Shown here: positions 63,971-64,000 of the stretch, one piece after another
Numbering within the stretch: position 1 is the first letter of the stretch
Layout of the letters: each line of letters begins with the position of its first letter
Source of the DNA: an uncultured Bacilli bacterium
Lineage (GTDB): Bacteria > Bacillota_I > Bacilli_A > RF39 > UBA660
Length of the DNA: 64,000 nt
NCBI GenBank assembly: GCA_934096295.1
Contig: CAKOLL010000004.1
Span: forward strand, 48,258 to 112,257
Direction of reading: 5' to 3'
Made by a program: the position numbers and the translations under genes
The notes under the pieces: model-generated
Seen by the model: the letters and a program-made list of their open reading frames with translations, nothing else
Told to the model about the DNA's origin: nothing
The model's database searches: none

Positions 63971-64000
63971 AATACTTTAATAATGTATAAAATTCCTGCG

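Noticed and set aside
1-64000. I looked for CRISPR arrays, rRNA, prophage structural genes, integrases and intact IS elements.
   Set aside because: I found no regularly spaced repeats, no rRNA-like conserved blocks and no recombinase motifs. The only mobile-element trace is the deleted Rpn-like remnant.

Overview
A visibly AT-rich Bacillota (Firmicutes)-type chromosomal segment, mostly minus-strand genes. (1) 1-22.9 kb is a cell-envelope glycopolymer region. It holds a Wzy-like polymerase, GT2 and GT4 glycosyltransferases, a Wzx flippase, a choline uptake/activation module (HTH-LicC-LicA fusion, second LicC, BCCT transporter), a TagO-type priming transferase, two LtaS-family enzymes and an LCP ligase. 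It also holds an adjacent cohesin-bearing anchor and a dockerin-bearing wall hydrolase. (2) 23-35 kb starts with a solitary tRNA-Gly, then T-box-controlled tyrS, then accessory genes: an ASCH protein next to a PIN-GNAT-PUA-like fusion, an HD plus P-loop fusion, and three broken genes in a row. (3) 35.3-41.45 kb is a 6.1-kb block bounded by two copies of a 38-nt terminator hairpin. It encodes a 1514-aa repeat-containing protein of unknown function, a ProA-like protein with no Cys at the expected catalytic position, and a GNAT. This is my best candidate for an undescribed system. (4) 42-48.5 kb has three NUDIX genes (one with a nonsense codon) and three tandem paralogous cassettes of unknown function. 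(5) 48.5-59.2 kb is housekeeping: RNase J-like, SSB, then a tight mazE-mazF-gltX-orf-cysS-DD-carboxypeptidase-uppS string. (6) 59.3-61.2 kb encodes a surface protein whose last ~40 codons are GC-rich, adenine-poor and NNC-codon-rich, like an orphan DGR variable region. (7) After trxB and lgt, 63.5-63.9 kb looks like a type I toxin-antitoxin locus. I found no CRISPR array, rRNA, intact transposase or integrase. All calls rest on my reading of the sequence and remembered family motifs; no searches were run.
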